A DNA stretch of 63,122 bases, counting the filler, from Kipferlia bialata (Eukaryota), in assembly GCA_003568945.1 (NCBI GenBank). It is 5 parts of 5 records of this genome, joined end to end, with 100 filler letters (N's around TTAATTAATTAA, not from the genome) between each part and the next. Parts side by side here need not be neighbours in the genome. Positions count along the whole stretch, not along the records: positions 16,285 to 32,452 come from BDIP01000630.1; positions 32,553 to 48,698 come from BDIP01000631.1; 3 more parts are not named here. The stretch is one strand, 5' to 3'. The notes under the pieces were generated by a model, which was given only the letters and a program-made list of their open reading frames with translations, was not told the origin of the DNA and searched no databases. Below, in pieces: positions 22,186 to 35,800 of this stretch. Every line of letters starts with the position of its first letter. Position 1 is the stretch's first letter. A program made the position numbers and the translations under genes.

Positions 22186-24304
22186 ATGGACACTAAGAAG
22201 ACCTCCAGGAGGCGTGGCAGGGCCCAGACTGAAAGGAAGACCAGGTTGGTACTGTACATATGCTGAATACTCCTGATTCCGCTAGGAGGAGGGTCTCGTG
22301 TAGAGGAGTCAGTCGATGTCTACAGTTATTCAGATACAGTGTGTGTACAGCTGGCAGGCATTCCACTCTCTCCAATACCTCAATTTTCGATCCTTCCGTC
22401 AGGTAAGCCTCCCCTAGAGTGTTGCAATACCAATGATCTGCATGTTGTGTACTTTTGTGACAATAATTGATCTACCATACCCCCCCCCCCTCCCTCCCCT
22501 AACCCCTCCCATTGCTACCTTATACCACTATCCCTAACCATAGTGTGGCTAACGCTGTGCCTGACTCCGCCGTTCACCCTCCTGAGAGGGAGAGAGAGGT
22601 TCACACCCCGGTGCTTCCCAAAAGGCCATCCCGCAATGAGTTTGTTGCCATGCTAAAGGGACAGAAAGCCGGGTTGAAGGCTGCACTCAAGAAGGCCAAG
22701 AAGGAGCTGGCAGCAGCCGGGCAGAAGATACAGAACCTCACTGACCAAGTGACCACACTACAGGTATTGGTGCTGTTACTACTCACTATTTGTCTCTCTT
22801 CTTTCTTCTGGAATAACGCTGTTTCATTTCTCAATCCTGAGTTCCTTGTCACTCTCGCCTCTCATTCCAGGGAGAGAACAGTGGCCTCCAATCTCAGCTT
22901 CAGGAGGCAAACAGAGAAATCGATGACCTGAAGGTATATGGCAACTCATGGTGTAATCATACGTATGTGTCCACCATATATACAATACTCTCTGTCTACT
23001 CACTATTTGGTTATTCTAGGAATTGTACGCTGCTCTATTGCAGTTTGGGATCCTTCCCAATCACCCCTCTCATTCCAGGGAGAGAACACTGGCCTCCAAT
23101 CTCAGCTTCAGGAGGCAAACAGGGAAATCGATGACCTGAAGGTATATAGTAACACATGGCGTAACCATTCGTATGTCCCCCAGATATACACTACTCTCTG
23201 TGCTGCTCTTTGTGCCACTCTCACACTAGAGTGGAAGTAATAATAATTGAATGAATGAATTAATAATAATTAATAATAATTAAGGTAATAATAATAAATA
23301 ATAATTAAGGTAATAATAATTAATTTTTAGTCTCACACTAGAGTGGTGACGCCCCCATGCCAGAGGACATCTACCAGACCATGCAGGTGGGCATTCATAT
23401 ATTTTGCAGTGGATATATGTATACATTGGAATAACTACCTCACATGCTATATCACTTACTGAGAGCTATACACTCTTTCTTACTCTCAGGGTGTACTGGC
23501 CTCGGGGGTGGGTGAAGACCTCAATACAACCCTCTCCCTCCTTGAGGGGGAGAGTGAGGGGGAGAGACCCATCGAGGGTGGGGTGCCTGGTGAGGGGCAC
23601 CCAGCCATGGACGACATGGATACCATGGTATGTGACACCACATTGACACTCTTGGCGTAAATACATGTCCTCTACATTATTGGAGACAAATTACACATGT
23701 ATTATACTTTACTTTACTATACTATTGTCTATAATTGTAGTATATTTAGTATATGTATATTCGTCTATAATTATAGTATTATTGGTTTAATATGTTATTA
23801 GTTCTCATCCCAGGGAGACCCTGCCGACGAGTTCCCCCCCTCTGAGATCCAGGCCTCTCAGGCAGACGATCTCACTCTCTCTCCCCCTCCTTCTCAGGAC
23901 GACTCTCTTGTGCTTGAGTACGGGGACGAGAGGGACGATGAGAAGGAGGGAGAGGAGTCTTTTGAGGCTGAGTCCAAGAGCATATCTGAGCCTCAGGTAT
24001 GTATATTCGCAATGTTTCCACTGATAACTTATCAGTGACAGTCTGTCTCTGTCAGTCCATTCCCTCTCACCCCAGACTGGAGAGGAGCAGGGAGAGGGAG
24101 AGGGAGAGGAGGAGGGGGAGGGGGAGGATGAAGGTCTCCCCATGCTTGAAGTCCTGGGTCAGAAGCGTGGGAGCCCCGAGGTACTACTCTCTTTTCCGCA
24201 CTGTTCCTAGCTCTCTTCAACACTGCTCTATTATAGAGCTATAGAGTCTATAGCTCCTTGTCCTCTATGTCCTGGGTGCAGCAACCCAGGACTCATCATT
24301 TACA

Positions 24305-24339
<35 letters not shown>

Positions 24340-24981
24340 CTATATCAGTATATATTGTATATTATACTATATATACATATATCATATATGTAACATATAT
24401 GATACCAGGCTACCAAGGGGTCCCCACCCAAGAGACTGGATACTATACTCTCTCTCTATATATATGTATTATATGATTTCTACATATGTATATTATATAT
24501 TCTTCCCTTTTAGTATCTGATACCAGGCTGCCAAGGGGTCCCCAGCCAAGAGACTGGTGCCAGAGGGGCCACCTGAGCCTCAGGCTGAGGTATATGTGTC
24601 ATATCTGATAGAAAGATTTATTCACATTGACACAGAGACCACCTCCTCAGAATATACTCAGATATACATATGTGTGTGCACTGCAGTACTGATATATAGT
24701 AATAATGGTATATAACACTATGTAAGAACAATACAATAATCTTATACAGGTGGACCTCCCCACTGACGTCACTTTCTCTGAGGAGAGTGAGGGGGAGAGA
24801 GAGAGACAGGACCCCGTGGAGGACCCCGTGGAGGTAAGTTACCATGTTCCCTTCTGGTGCAAAAGCATATGCGTTATGGCAGCAGCCTTGCTACTCACGG
24901 GTATATTTTGGGCTTCTAGGTCTATTGAAAAATACTTGTGTCTCTGGCTCTATACACTTCTAACCCCCAGATCGATGACAG

Positions 24982-25016
<35 letters not shown>

Positions 25017-25372
25017 TCTATATATGTTCTAACCCCCAGGTCGTCGATCTGGGCCTGACCGATGACAGCAGTGAGTCAGAGATCCTCCCAGGTATATGTA
25101 TGAAACTATAATTTATATATTGATAACCGTATATATGTGACTGACAACTCAGTGGCGGACACCTATCACTTTATAGCTATGTATGTGTGAGTTACAGCAG
25201 TATAGAAGACATATTCGAACTGTGACTCCACTGGTCATATATCCACTGACAACTCAGTGGATATATGATCTCTCTCTCTCCCCTTACTGACTGACAACTC
25301 AGTGGATATATGGTATCTCTCTCCCCCCCCCTCTCTCTCTCCCCACTGACTGACAACTCAGTGGATATATGG

Positions 25373-25409
<37 letters not shown>

Positions 25410-27543
25410 GCTGACAACTCAGTGGATGTCATCTTCCATCCTGACAAGACAAAGAGGGCCAAGTGCTACCTGCAGAGAGGGTCCGACATGTACCACAACG
25501 GGAAGGGTACGTTTTTGTTATTTGTATATATTTGTATTTTTGTGAACTATTTGGCAGTGAAACAATCGACTCTTTTATCACTGCTATGCTGTATATTTCG
25601 TCTCTCTAGGCCCCTTCTTGTTGATGTCCGACTGCAGTCATAGATAAGCACTGCACCTCCTTCCACTCATTGTATACATATTCTGTATATTCAATTATAT
25701 ACATCACAATGTTGATAAATAGTTATGTTGTTGTCTCACTGCAGCATCAGATAAGCACTGCACCTCCTTCTACTTTGACATACCCTCGGATCCAACGTGG
25801 AACCTTGAGGTGAGATGTACACGCTGACTTATCATATATATGTATGTATGAATGTGAACACCCCATTCTCGTCATATTACTGGTATCTCTCTAACTCTAA
25901 GCTTTGGTTCTCTATCAAAGATATTCGGTCTTGTATATATATTGCTTTGCGTACCACTAATCTTCAGGTGGAGCTCTACCCATTTGAGGACAGTCACCTA
26001 AAGAACATAATGTGCCTTGGTATTGTCCCTCAGAGCGCAAACTTCAACGTGAACAAGTAAGTAATCCCCAACTTTTGAAGTCTGAAGTCTGACCCAAGTA
26101 GTCGCATTATTTCCGCCGATAGTCGGTACCCAACACAATACTATATATATAATTGCTACAACTAATGTCTAACTATCAGCTCAAATGAGATCCCTGGGTC
26201 CGTCTTCTTCTACCAGGTGGGACCGTTTACCGTTTATAGTACCGTTCAAGTATACAGAATATTACTGACGTGGGGCAGATTGTATATGTCTTAATATATA
26301 TTCATTTCTGCAATTTTCACCCTTACTAAGCTGTCACCTTTCAAGTATACTCGAATGGTACTCATTATACATATAGTCTGAGTATAGAGTATATATATTT
26401 CTGATGAGATATGTATTTCATTTCACTTTGCACATTCTTTGAAAGAACATTTGTGTAATGTGCAAAGAACTTCTTTGTGTCGACACTCCTCACTCTAGGA
26501 CAGCTCTGTGATAAAGATGAAGCCAGGTGACGACTACAAGTTGTCAAACGGGTGAGTAGTATCATATATATCATCATATATCTACATGTATATATCATTC
26601 CACGCATACTAGTCATATATGTATGTAGTATATATGACAAACTGTCAAAATGGTGAGTATGTATATGTATAATAGGCCAAGTTTTCAACTCCAGTGTCAT
26701 GTAATCATACTCATGCATGGTGCAATAATACACACAAGGAGTGGGTGTGGTAGATCCCATACCTGATAGTACATATAGTATACTTTTTGTTCTTGAGTAA
26801 AATCATACGTTTGGTTGTTATGTTCTTTGTTTCACTGTAGGAGAGACGCAAAGGCGGACGACACCAGAAAGTGGCCCCTACCATGTAAGGTAGGGGTGTC
26901 AGTGGTCCCTGGTCGTGTGGACTTCTCGCTTGACGGAAGGTACGACCTGCAGTGTATAGCTATACAATTAGTCATCCATATTATATGCGTGTGTATATGT
27001 ATATGTGTATGTGTATGCTTATATATATATGTGTCTCTGCATTCTTAGCCCAGGTGCGTGGCAACCAAGGTGACCGACGAGGATGAGTCCTACGTGGCCG
27101 TGTTCAGGTATAGTACATAATGCATTCTATGTATTTATATATTCTATGTATACTATATACTATATCTAATATATATACTATATACTATTTACTATATATA
27201 TATATATTATATATACTATATACTATATATATACGTGTACTATATAGTGTACTATATATTCAGGATGAGTCCCACGTGGCCGTGTTCAGGTACAATATAT
27301 ATACTTCTCTCTCCCTCTCTAGTATGGTTCCATATACATATATATGTATGTATGTGTTCAATCATACTCTCCAGATTTCCTACTTCCATTGCTATACTGC
27401 TATACCAAGAGTTGCTGATCCTTACCCTCAGTTGCATTCGCCCAAAAGGAGACCCAGAGAGGGTGTGCAGGTGAGATTTCTCTCTCTCTCTCTCTCTCTA
27501 CACCCTTTTTACACAACAAGATGAAAGAGAGGGTGTGCAGGTG

Positions 27544-27577
<34 letters not shown>

Positions 27578-28217
27578 ACCCTCTTTACACAACAAGATGA
27601 AAGAGAGGGTATGCAGGTGAGACTTCTCTCTCTCTCTCTCTACACACTTTATATATAACAAGATGAAAGAGAGGGTATGCAGTTGAAATTTCTACATCTA
27701 TCTGTCTGTCTCTCCATATGTATATATCTCTGTGGGTGGGTGTGGGAGAGAGTGTGTGTGGGAGTTTACCTCTTTACGTTGACTGGTGTACCAGTATTTG
27801 TACATATACTATTTCTACTTACTTTATATACCTGTACTCAAGTGAATGACCGCTACTGTATGTCCGTTGGAACTCCATGAGCATTATAGTATAATATATT
27901 CTTACTAAAATACTATTATAGTACCATTATAGATTCTTATTATGATACTACATATATTCTTGTAATGTATTCTTGTCCCCGCCCTAGGTGCTTAGGGCGC
28001 AGGACTATGAGCATTATCATGAATTCAATAATAATAATGAATTTATGATTTCATCATGAATCTATCTCTTACTACTGACCTTAGGTGCATAGGGTCCGGG
28101 ACTCCCGTGTACTCTCCCACCACCAAGGCATACCTACGGAAGGGCGGTAAGCGGTGGGTGGAGAAGCAGGATGATAGTGAGGATGAGAGTGAGGGGGAGA
28201 GAGAGAGAGAAAGATAG
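22186..28217 (+). CDS. Multi-exon protein with coiled-coil and acidic regions and a C-terminal SPRY/B30.2-like domain (paralog A)
   Basis: Exons include MDTKKTSRRRGRAQ; RNEFVAMLKGQKAGLKAALKKAKKELAAAGQKIQNLTDQVTTLQ; acidic exons; VELYPFEDSHLKNIMCLGIVPQSANF; SNEIPGSVFFYQ; CKVGVSVVPGRVDFSLDG; SCIRPKGDPERVC; RCIGSGTPVYSPTTKAYLRK. The SPRY call rests on the strand pattern only. Confidence 0.55.
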
Positions 28218-29106
28218 TGAGAGAGGGAGAGAGAGAGTGTGTGAGGGAGAAGAAGAGAGAGAGAGACTAAGTCGAATATAGTAGTTGTCAGAGTATGAAG
28301 CAAATTGATCTGGAACGTCTGTGTCCAATACATGAACAAATACAAAGTGTATTCTTCTGTCTGTCACTTATATTGCATCCATCAATTCCGTGAATACTCA
28401 CCTGTCTGACGTCCCCTGGCTCCTCGAACGTGGTCTACTCCTATTGTGTTATCTGACACACATATAACGCAATATATCGTTACTCTGTTGTACGAATCAC
28501 CTTTCGACTCTTTGAACTCTTTGACAGAAAGAAGGTAGTGAATCCATTCGGGAGAAGGCAGGTAGAAATGGATACCACATCCTCAAACTGCAGAATGATG
28601 CATATTTATTTGTATATGTATCATACTTTACGGATGGGTCAGAATTAGATACTCTCCGCCCATAGTGTCGTAGACAATGAGTCAGTATTACAAGTGGTGT
28701 CGACATTGGGGATTGCTTCAGAAATAGTATTTGGGGTCTCTTTTCCAAGCTTTTGTTGAGTCTGCATATCCTGCGGCAAAGAATCGGGTTATGTTACCAT
28801 TTCATAGGAACATGGTTGACGTGTAATGTAATTCTAAGGTCGCTTTGCAGGCTCTGTTTAAACTTGCATCTCTTCATATTCTGTCCAGTAATCAGGACGC
28901 CAAATGAGGAGGCTTTGAGGGTTGTAGATCTAGTTGGACAGAACCAGAGAGACAGAACTCGGGCAATCTATTGAATAATTATTAATACAGAAGACAAATT
29001 CTTGATACGTGTACTATATAGCTCTCTCGCTGACACATTGAGTTATGGGCAACTTGCTCTCGAGTGCCACCTTACTCCCTCCCCCCCCCTCTCTCTACAC
29101 CCCTAT

Positions 29107-29680
29107 TCAGGTCTCCACCTGAGGTGAGGCATCACCCTTGCGCCCACCCTGCTTGGCAGGCACCTCTCTCTCTCTCTCTCTCTCACCCTCTGCTGCTCTG
29201 GGTGTTGCTCTCTCTCTCCTTCTCTCCAGTCTCTGTCTCTCTCTCTCAGCCAGTCTCTCTCTCCTTGCGGCTCTCTCTCTTCTCGCCTCTGCCTCTCTCT
29301 GCCTCTCTGCCTTCAGGATATCCTTGTCGGTCTCTGGAGAGAACCTTGGTGCTGTGCTCTTGAGGCACCTGGACATGAGAAATACCCTAAAAATCCCAAT
29401 ATTTAAACTAATTATTATAATTACCACTATATATATATAATATAATTGGACATCAGATATATACAATATATCATAATGATAACATACTATTTATATAATC
29501 GAGAAGAAGACTAATACACCCACATCTTATATGTGGGCCACATATATATACTAATTTGTATACATATACCTGCAAATCAGTCTCTGTCCGCCCCCTGCTG
29601 GTCTCTTGCAGCTCAGAACGACCACATACTCCTGGCCCTTATCAATGTTGGCCGTCTTCACAGGCCTAAACATTAGGGGT

Positions 29681-29721
<41 letters not shown>

Positions 29722-32391
29722 CCAAATACCTGCATATCCGACTTAGCATATATATAGACATATGCATATGCGAATAAGAATACGCATAAGGAAATACCGA
29801 GTGTATAGTATCATATATATGCATATATACTCTATTATAGGGCACACTATTCTCAAAGCAATACTGATTTTCTTCACCCATTCTCCCATTACCTCAGAGA
29901 TAGGGTCCAAAGAGAGAGAATAGAGGGTCCAGAGAGAGAGAGGGGGGGGGGAGAGAGATACACACCTCCCATTCATGAAGAAATCAACCTTGCCCGCTGC
30001 TGAGGCAATGGCAATGCGCATCCTGACGCCCTGGGAATTAGAATAATCTAAATTAGAACTAATTCAATTAAAACTAAAGTTTAGTTTAAACGATACTCTG
30101 TAGAATTCATTTCACAATATAGAATTACTAGGACCTAGTAGCATTCTACTATATACTATCCCTTTTGATTATTGAAGCCCCACCTGAGAATCTCCCTTTG
30201 TCGACCATTCAGGGGCCTCATCAGTGAGTGGGCTGTTTGTGAGACTTTGTATATACTAATATATAACTATATCGCTACACGAAGAAATAACTATATATAC
30301 AATATATTCAGTACATATACATATAGAAATATATATATATACTGTAGAGGTCGTGCTCCGTCGTGTACTTATACCACCATATATAGACATATCATTACTG
30401 TTGTGATACATGTTGGCACAAATGTGTATATAATGATTTTTAAAAGAGAAATCATGACACTACCACATTAATACATTATCACTATAACACTATTACTACA
30501 CTATTAATATAAGACACACCTTACTCGTAGCGTCTTAGTTCCCCTGCGTACTTTAACGAAGGTGCCAATCTGATAGTAGACGACAGATCCCATGATGTTG
30601 CTCTCGCTCCTAGGGGTGAGAGGTGTCGTAAATGAATAGGCATCGCAGCAAATGAACATACTACAAAGAGAAATATGTTATGTTCCCCACCATTCCAGGT
30701 TGAGCTTCGGGAGCTGGCTCCGGGGCATCACAACCAGGCAGAGGTTCCTTGTTTCGTAGTCTGTCTCCTTGAAGTGCTCAAAGGGATACAGTTCCAGCTG
30801 GATGTAAGTGAAATAGAAAGACAATACATAATATATAATCTCCCTGCGAGGGAGGAATCGGATCCAACTATATTGCTCTTACGCTGTACACTATATATAT
30901 GTATTTAGAATATATATGCAATATGAATATACATATGAATGCAATTAGTATAAGAGTATTAGTGTAAACGTTTACACTGAATAAAAATGCACGCTGCACG
31001 CTATATGTATCACAAACATATCAGATTCCTCGGGTACTGATCAGACATGTACTATACACAATACTGCACGTACTTACACCTCCACTTGTCACCAACACCA
31101 CTTAAACACATATATAGATATACATATGGTATGATACATATCTACATATACATATCATTCCACGCATATTGATATGTATACCACACACACAACTCTATCA
31201 TGTATGATACTATTCACACATGTATGATTACATACATATACTAATGTATTACACGTACCTCTATCTGCGACTCCTCGGGTACAGGATCCTCGTGCTCAAA
31301 CACCACCGAGGCCCAGTGACCTCCCACTGATGGGTAAGTGAATCTCTCTCTCTCTATATAGATATACATATATAGATATACATATATATATATGTATATA
31401 TCAAACTATTAGTATTATATAAGTACTATAATGGGAATAAGTATGCTGTAGTATATATATATATATATACATATATATACACCACCGAGGCCCAGTGACC
31501 TCCCACTGAAGGTGTAAGTGCATATATACACAAACACAAATATGCATATAGATTCTAGTATAGCATTGAAGGGATAGAGAGAGAGCAATTTACTGTGTAA
31601 AGGTAAAAGTGCATACATACGTTATAGTGAAAATATACATATAAATGAACATTATATATATATAGAGAGAGAGAGACAGAGAGAGGGTAAGAGGGCTGCA
31701 TTCAAACAGAAACTCTCAGGTGTACATAGAACATATACGTATATGTAGATCATGTATACAGAGCATATAGAGCAGAGGAAGGCCCCACTGATTGGGCAGA
31801 GTGCTATACCGCATAGTGTTAGGTATATATATATATATATGGTATATATATATATATATGGTATATATATACCTGTCCCCTTGTGGTAGCACTTGTTGCC
31901 ATCCAGCCTGAAGGCATCAGAGACAAGAGTCTCGTCAAACTGAGGGGGTACTGACAGTAAGATGCATGTATAGTATACATTAGAGTATACATTATACGTA
32001 TAATATCTATATTTACATTAGTATATATAAATGAATTGTATATATTATACTGAGACGGAACTGAAGGTAAGGTGTATACACATACAGAGAAGAAGACAGA
32101 AATACATGGACATAGACAAAGACAGAGTGACCCGTATATACAGAGATACTTAGAAATGAGAGGTATGAAAGTGGTCTTTATACACATTAATATATCAACC
32201 AGAATCATATTTGTATATATGTAGAAATCTATGCAAATACACATGCCCATTGAGAGTATATACAGAGTACACACATACTATAATATACAATAGGAGGGCA
32301 TACAGAGCACATATATACATATATAACAGGAGGGAGAGAGAGACGTACCGTCCTCATCTATTGACTCGTCGCTCTTGCTCTCCTCATTCTC
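29107..32391 (-). CDS. Multi-exon SPRY-like paralog B (5' end truncated by the contig end)
   Basis: Exons LELYPFEHFKETDYETRNLCLVVMPRSQL; SNIMGSVVYYQ; MRIAIASAAGKVDFFMNG; YVVVLSCKRPAGGGQRLIC; RCLKSTAPRFSPETDKDILK plus a charged tail. Colinear with paralog A. Confidence 0.6.
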
Positions 32392-32406
32392 CTGGGAATT
32401 AGGGGT

Positions 32407-32452
<46 letters not shown>

Positions 32453-32552
32453 NNNNNNNNNNNNNNNNNNNNNNNNNNNNNNNNNNNNNNNNNNNNTTAA
32501 TTAATTAANNNNNNNNNNNNNNNNNNNNNNNNNNNNNNNNNNNNNNNNNNNN
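32453..32552. other. Artificial contig linker
   Basis: N-run, TTAATTAATTAA, N-run; 100 nt. Confidence 0.97.
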
Positions 32553-32606
<54 letters not shown>

Positions 32607-32813
32607 CGCTCTGTCTCTACACATTTGTATGATACACACATAACCGTCCCATCCCACTCAAGCTATGCTCCTGTGCTGTGGTCAGGAATATTCTCTCTAC
32701 CCCCCATACCCCCCCACCCCTCATAACATCAGCTATACGTTCCGAGCTGTGATCAGAGCACTCTCTCTCTCTCTCTCTCTCTCTCGATGTATACATATGC
32801 ATAAGATACTTAC

Positions 32814-35800
32814 CCATCCCAACATCAGCTATGCCTCCCGAGCTGTGATCAGGAAGAAGCTGGTCTTCAAGGCCAAGCCCATCCTGTGAGATGTACACGT
32901 TCAGTTGTGCTATTGCTGTGTTCGCCAGTTTGCACCATGCTGATACTGAGCCAGCCCGCGGAGGAATCTTTCCAGATCGCCTGAGAGAGAGAGGGAAGGA
33001 TATGGATGTTGTGAATAGGAGGGTGCAAGTGGGGATTGCTCCCCGTGTGCCTTTAGTCACATCTCTCTATGCTGACTGACATAGGATACTTTTGATACTT
33101 GAGGCTTCTCTTCCCTCCATCTTGTGTCCCGATATAGCCCATTGCAGAGTCAATAGAACACACATGTCATTCAGTTTCACCAGTACCTCAGTATATGATT
33201 CTATTAGTAATACAGCAGCCCCCTCTCTTCAGAGTGAGGCTCTCTCCATCTCCCATCTGGCACTTAGAGGCTCATTGGCACCACCTCCACTCTCTCCCTG
33301 GCCACAGTGACGTTGTTCCACCTGACAGTGAGGGTATACACACAATACTAATATATGTAATGCAATATATAGATCTACTCATCTCCAGTCTGAGAATCCC
33401 TTCACCCACTCTGTATCAATATGTGTTATGCAAATATACAGTTAGCCACACTATACGTACCTGAGCTCCACGGGTCTGAGCACCCCTGCCTCGGCCCTGA
33501 CAGGCACGATGGTGGGGGACCCAACCGCACTCTGCCTAGAGGGTGAGTGTATATTTACACATAGAGAACAGACTACACCTTATCACGGTATATATTGAGA
33601 GTATGGTGGGGGAGTCCACGGCGCTCTGCCTGGGGGGTGAGGATATAGATGACAATGGAATACCTACGCTATATACTCTGTATGTCTCTATACATCTACA
33701 CCTCCTCACCTGAGTGTGTCTATGGCCAGGATGAGTGATACCCCATAATACCATATATATGTATACAATACACCCTACATTTCTCTATGTATATACATCC
33801 CCTCACCTGAGTGTGTCTATGGCCAAGATGAGTGAGTCCTGCACCAGCTGGGCGTCCTGAGGGGTGGTGTAGTCGTCAGAGACCTGGGGTGAGGACGGAG
33901 AGAGAGAGAGAGAGAGAGAGAGACATGGGCAATAAACTTTACACTATCCACCACACACTATCCACCACACACCTTGACCATGACCCTGGTAGCACTGCCC
34001 TGCCTCCATGGGCATCTCTCTCTCTCTCTCTCAATATATATATATATATATACATATATATATACTATACACCATACCTTGACCATGACCCTGGTAGCAC
34101 TGCCCTGCCTCCATGGGCTGGGAGGGAGGGTCATCTCAACACGGGGCACACACACAAACTTGTGGGTGACTGGGCCGTGTCTGTATGGGTCCCACTCAAG
34201 GGCCACACTGGGGGTCAGGGGCATAGAGGTACGTACACAAGTCACAAATACACTGTTTACACCCACATCCCCCTACCTGTGTCCACCGTATGCCAGCCCC
34301 TCTGGACAGACCTGTGTGAATGTGATGGTGTTCCTGGCCTCCCCCACCACAGGGGCACAGGGCAGCTCCATACCATCCACCAGTACACATATGCTGTCCA
34401 CCCACATCTTGGTGGCGGCAGAGAGAGGCTCCTCGAGTGTCCTCGACAGAGAGCACTCCACGACTATGGGAGTCTTGCCCCTGTGGCAGATGGCCGGTGT
34501 CTTGTATGCAATGGAGTCTATGGTGAGGCCCCCCTTGGTGGGTGCCACCCCTGTCATGACAGGATGCAGGGCCAGGCAGGCATTGTCAACCACAGACAGG
34601 ATGCACAGGCCGTCCAGTGGGGGGACATAGGACTCGGAGACCAGGTCCTCCTCGGAGTGCTCCATCTCTCTCTCCTTCTCCCTCTCGCTCATGCCCTTGG
34701 CATAGAGCAGCTTGAGGGCATGGAAGGAGAAGACTGAGGCACGGTGCCTGGACACAAGGGCGCCCAGAGCAGACTTGGCCTGGGGGTCAGGGGGGGAGAG
34801 GGAGTAAGTCAGAGAGAGAGAGACTCTCGCTATATATGTACATAGTATATGGCCATACCTTCTCTGTGTTGTCGTGCCCCACTGCGTCGACCAGGGCATT
34901 GACCACAAGGGTGGTGCCGGCATAGAAGTTGGAGGAGAGCTGCAGATCGGCCAGGGTGCCCTTGAGAAGAGCACACTTGTGGGCAACAAGGCTCCTGAGG
35001 AGGGCCTCGGTGCCCTGGGGTCAGTGTCATGCACAATACCATATATACACTGTACTATATATACACCCCCCCACCTGTCTCTGCTCCTCCACCACGCTGA
35101 TACCATATATATATACTCTCTCTCTCTCTATATATATATACATACCTGTCTCTGCTCCTCCACCACGCTGGATGCCAGGGTGGACAGGGANTATACATAC
35201 CTGTCTCTGCTCCTCCACCACGCTGGATGCCAGGGTGGACAGGGACCTAGACAGCAGCACAGCCACCATCATTGTGCAGGCATGGGTGGCCACAGCCTCC
35301 TCCAGCCTCTTGGGCACATCCAGGGTCACGTCCTGCTTGTTTAGGAGCTTGCCCAGGGCCCACATGCCAGCCTGGGGTTGGGAAGGGGGTCTCTGTATAT
35401 ATATGTATATATACATACCTTGATAGCGGCGTGTCCACTCTTGAGCCACCTCTCCAGGGACACGGCATGGGGGAGGTCGGCTAGGAGGGACCGGAAGTTA
35501 CGCCTGTTGGCCAGCAGAACCTAGGGGTCAGTGCACAAACACACTACACTCTCTCTCTCTCTATATATACTTATATATACACACGTACCAGGCCTGTGTG
35601 GAGTGACACGGCCCCCTCGAGCAGGGTGTCTATCCTGCCACACACATCGGTACAGTCCAGGTAGCGCAGACCCCACTGCTCCCTGGGGGGTGAGGCAGAG
35701 GCAACTACAGAATATCACAGTAGAGTGTTACTGTATGCACCCACCTGACTGTCTCGACCTGGTCCCTGAGGCCTGTGAGCCTGAGGATGTGTGCAGACAT

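Noticed and set aside
28400..28975. Possible small minus-strand gene between the SPRY-like paralogs
   Set aside because: Only short exon-like pieces, with no consistent spliced frame or recognisable motif.
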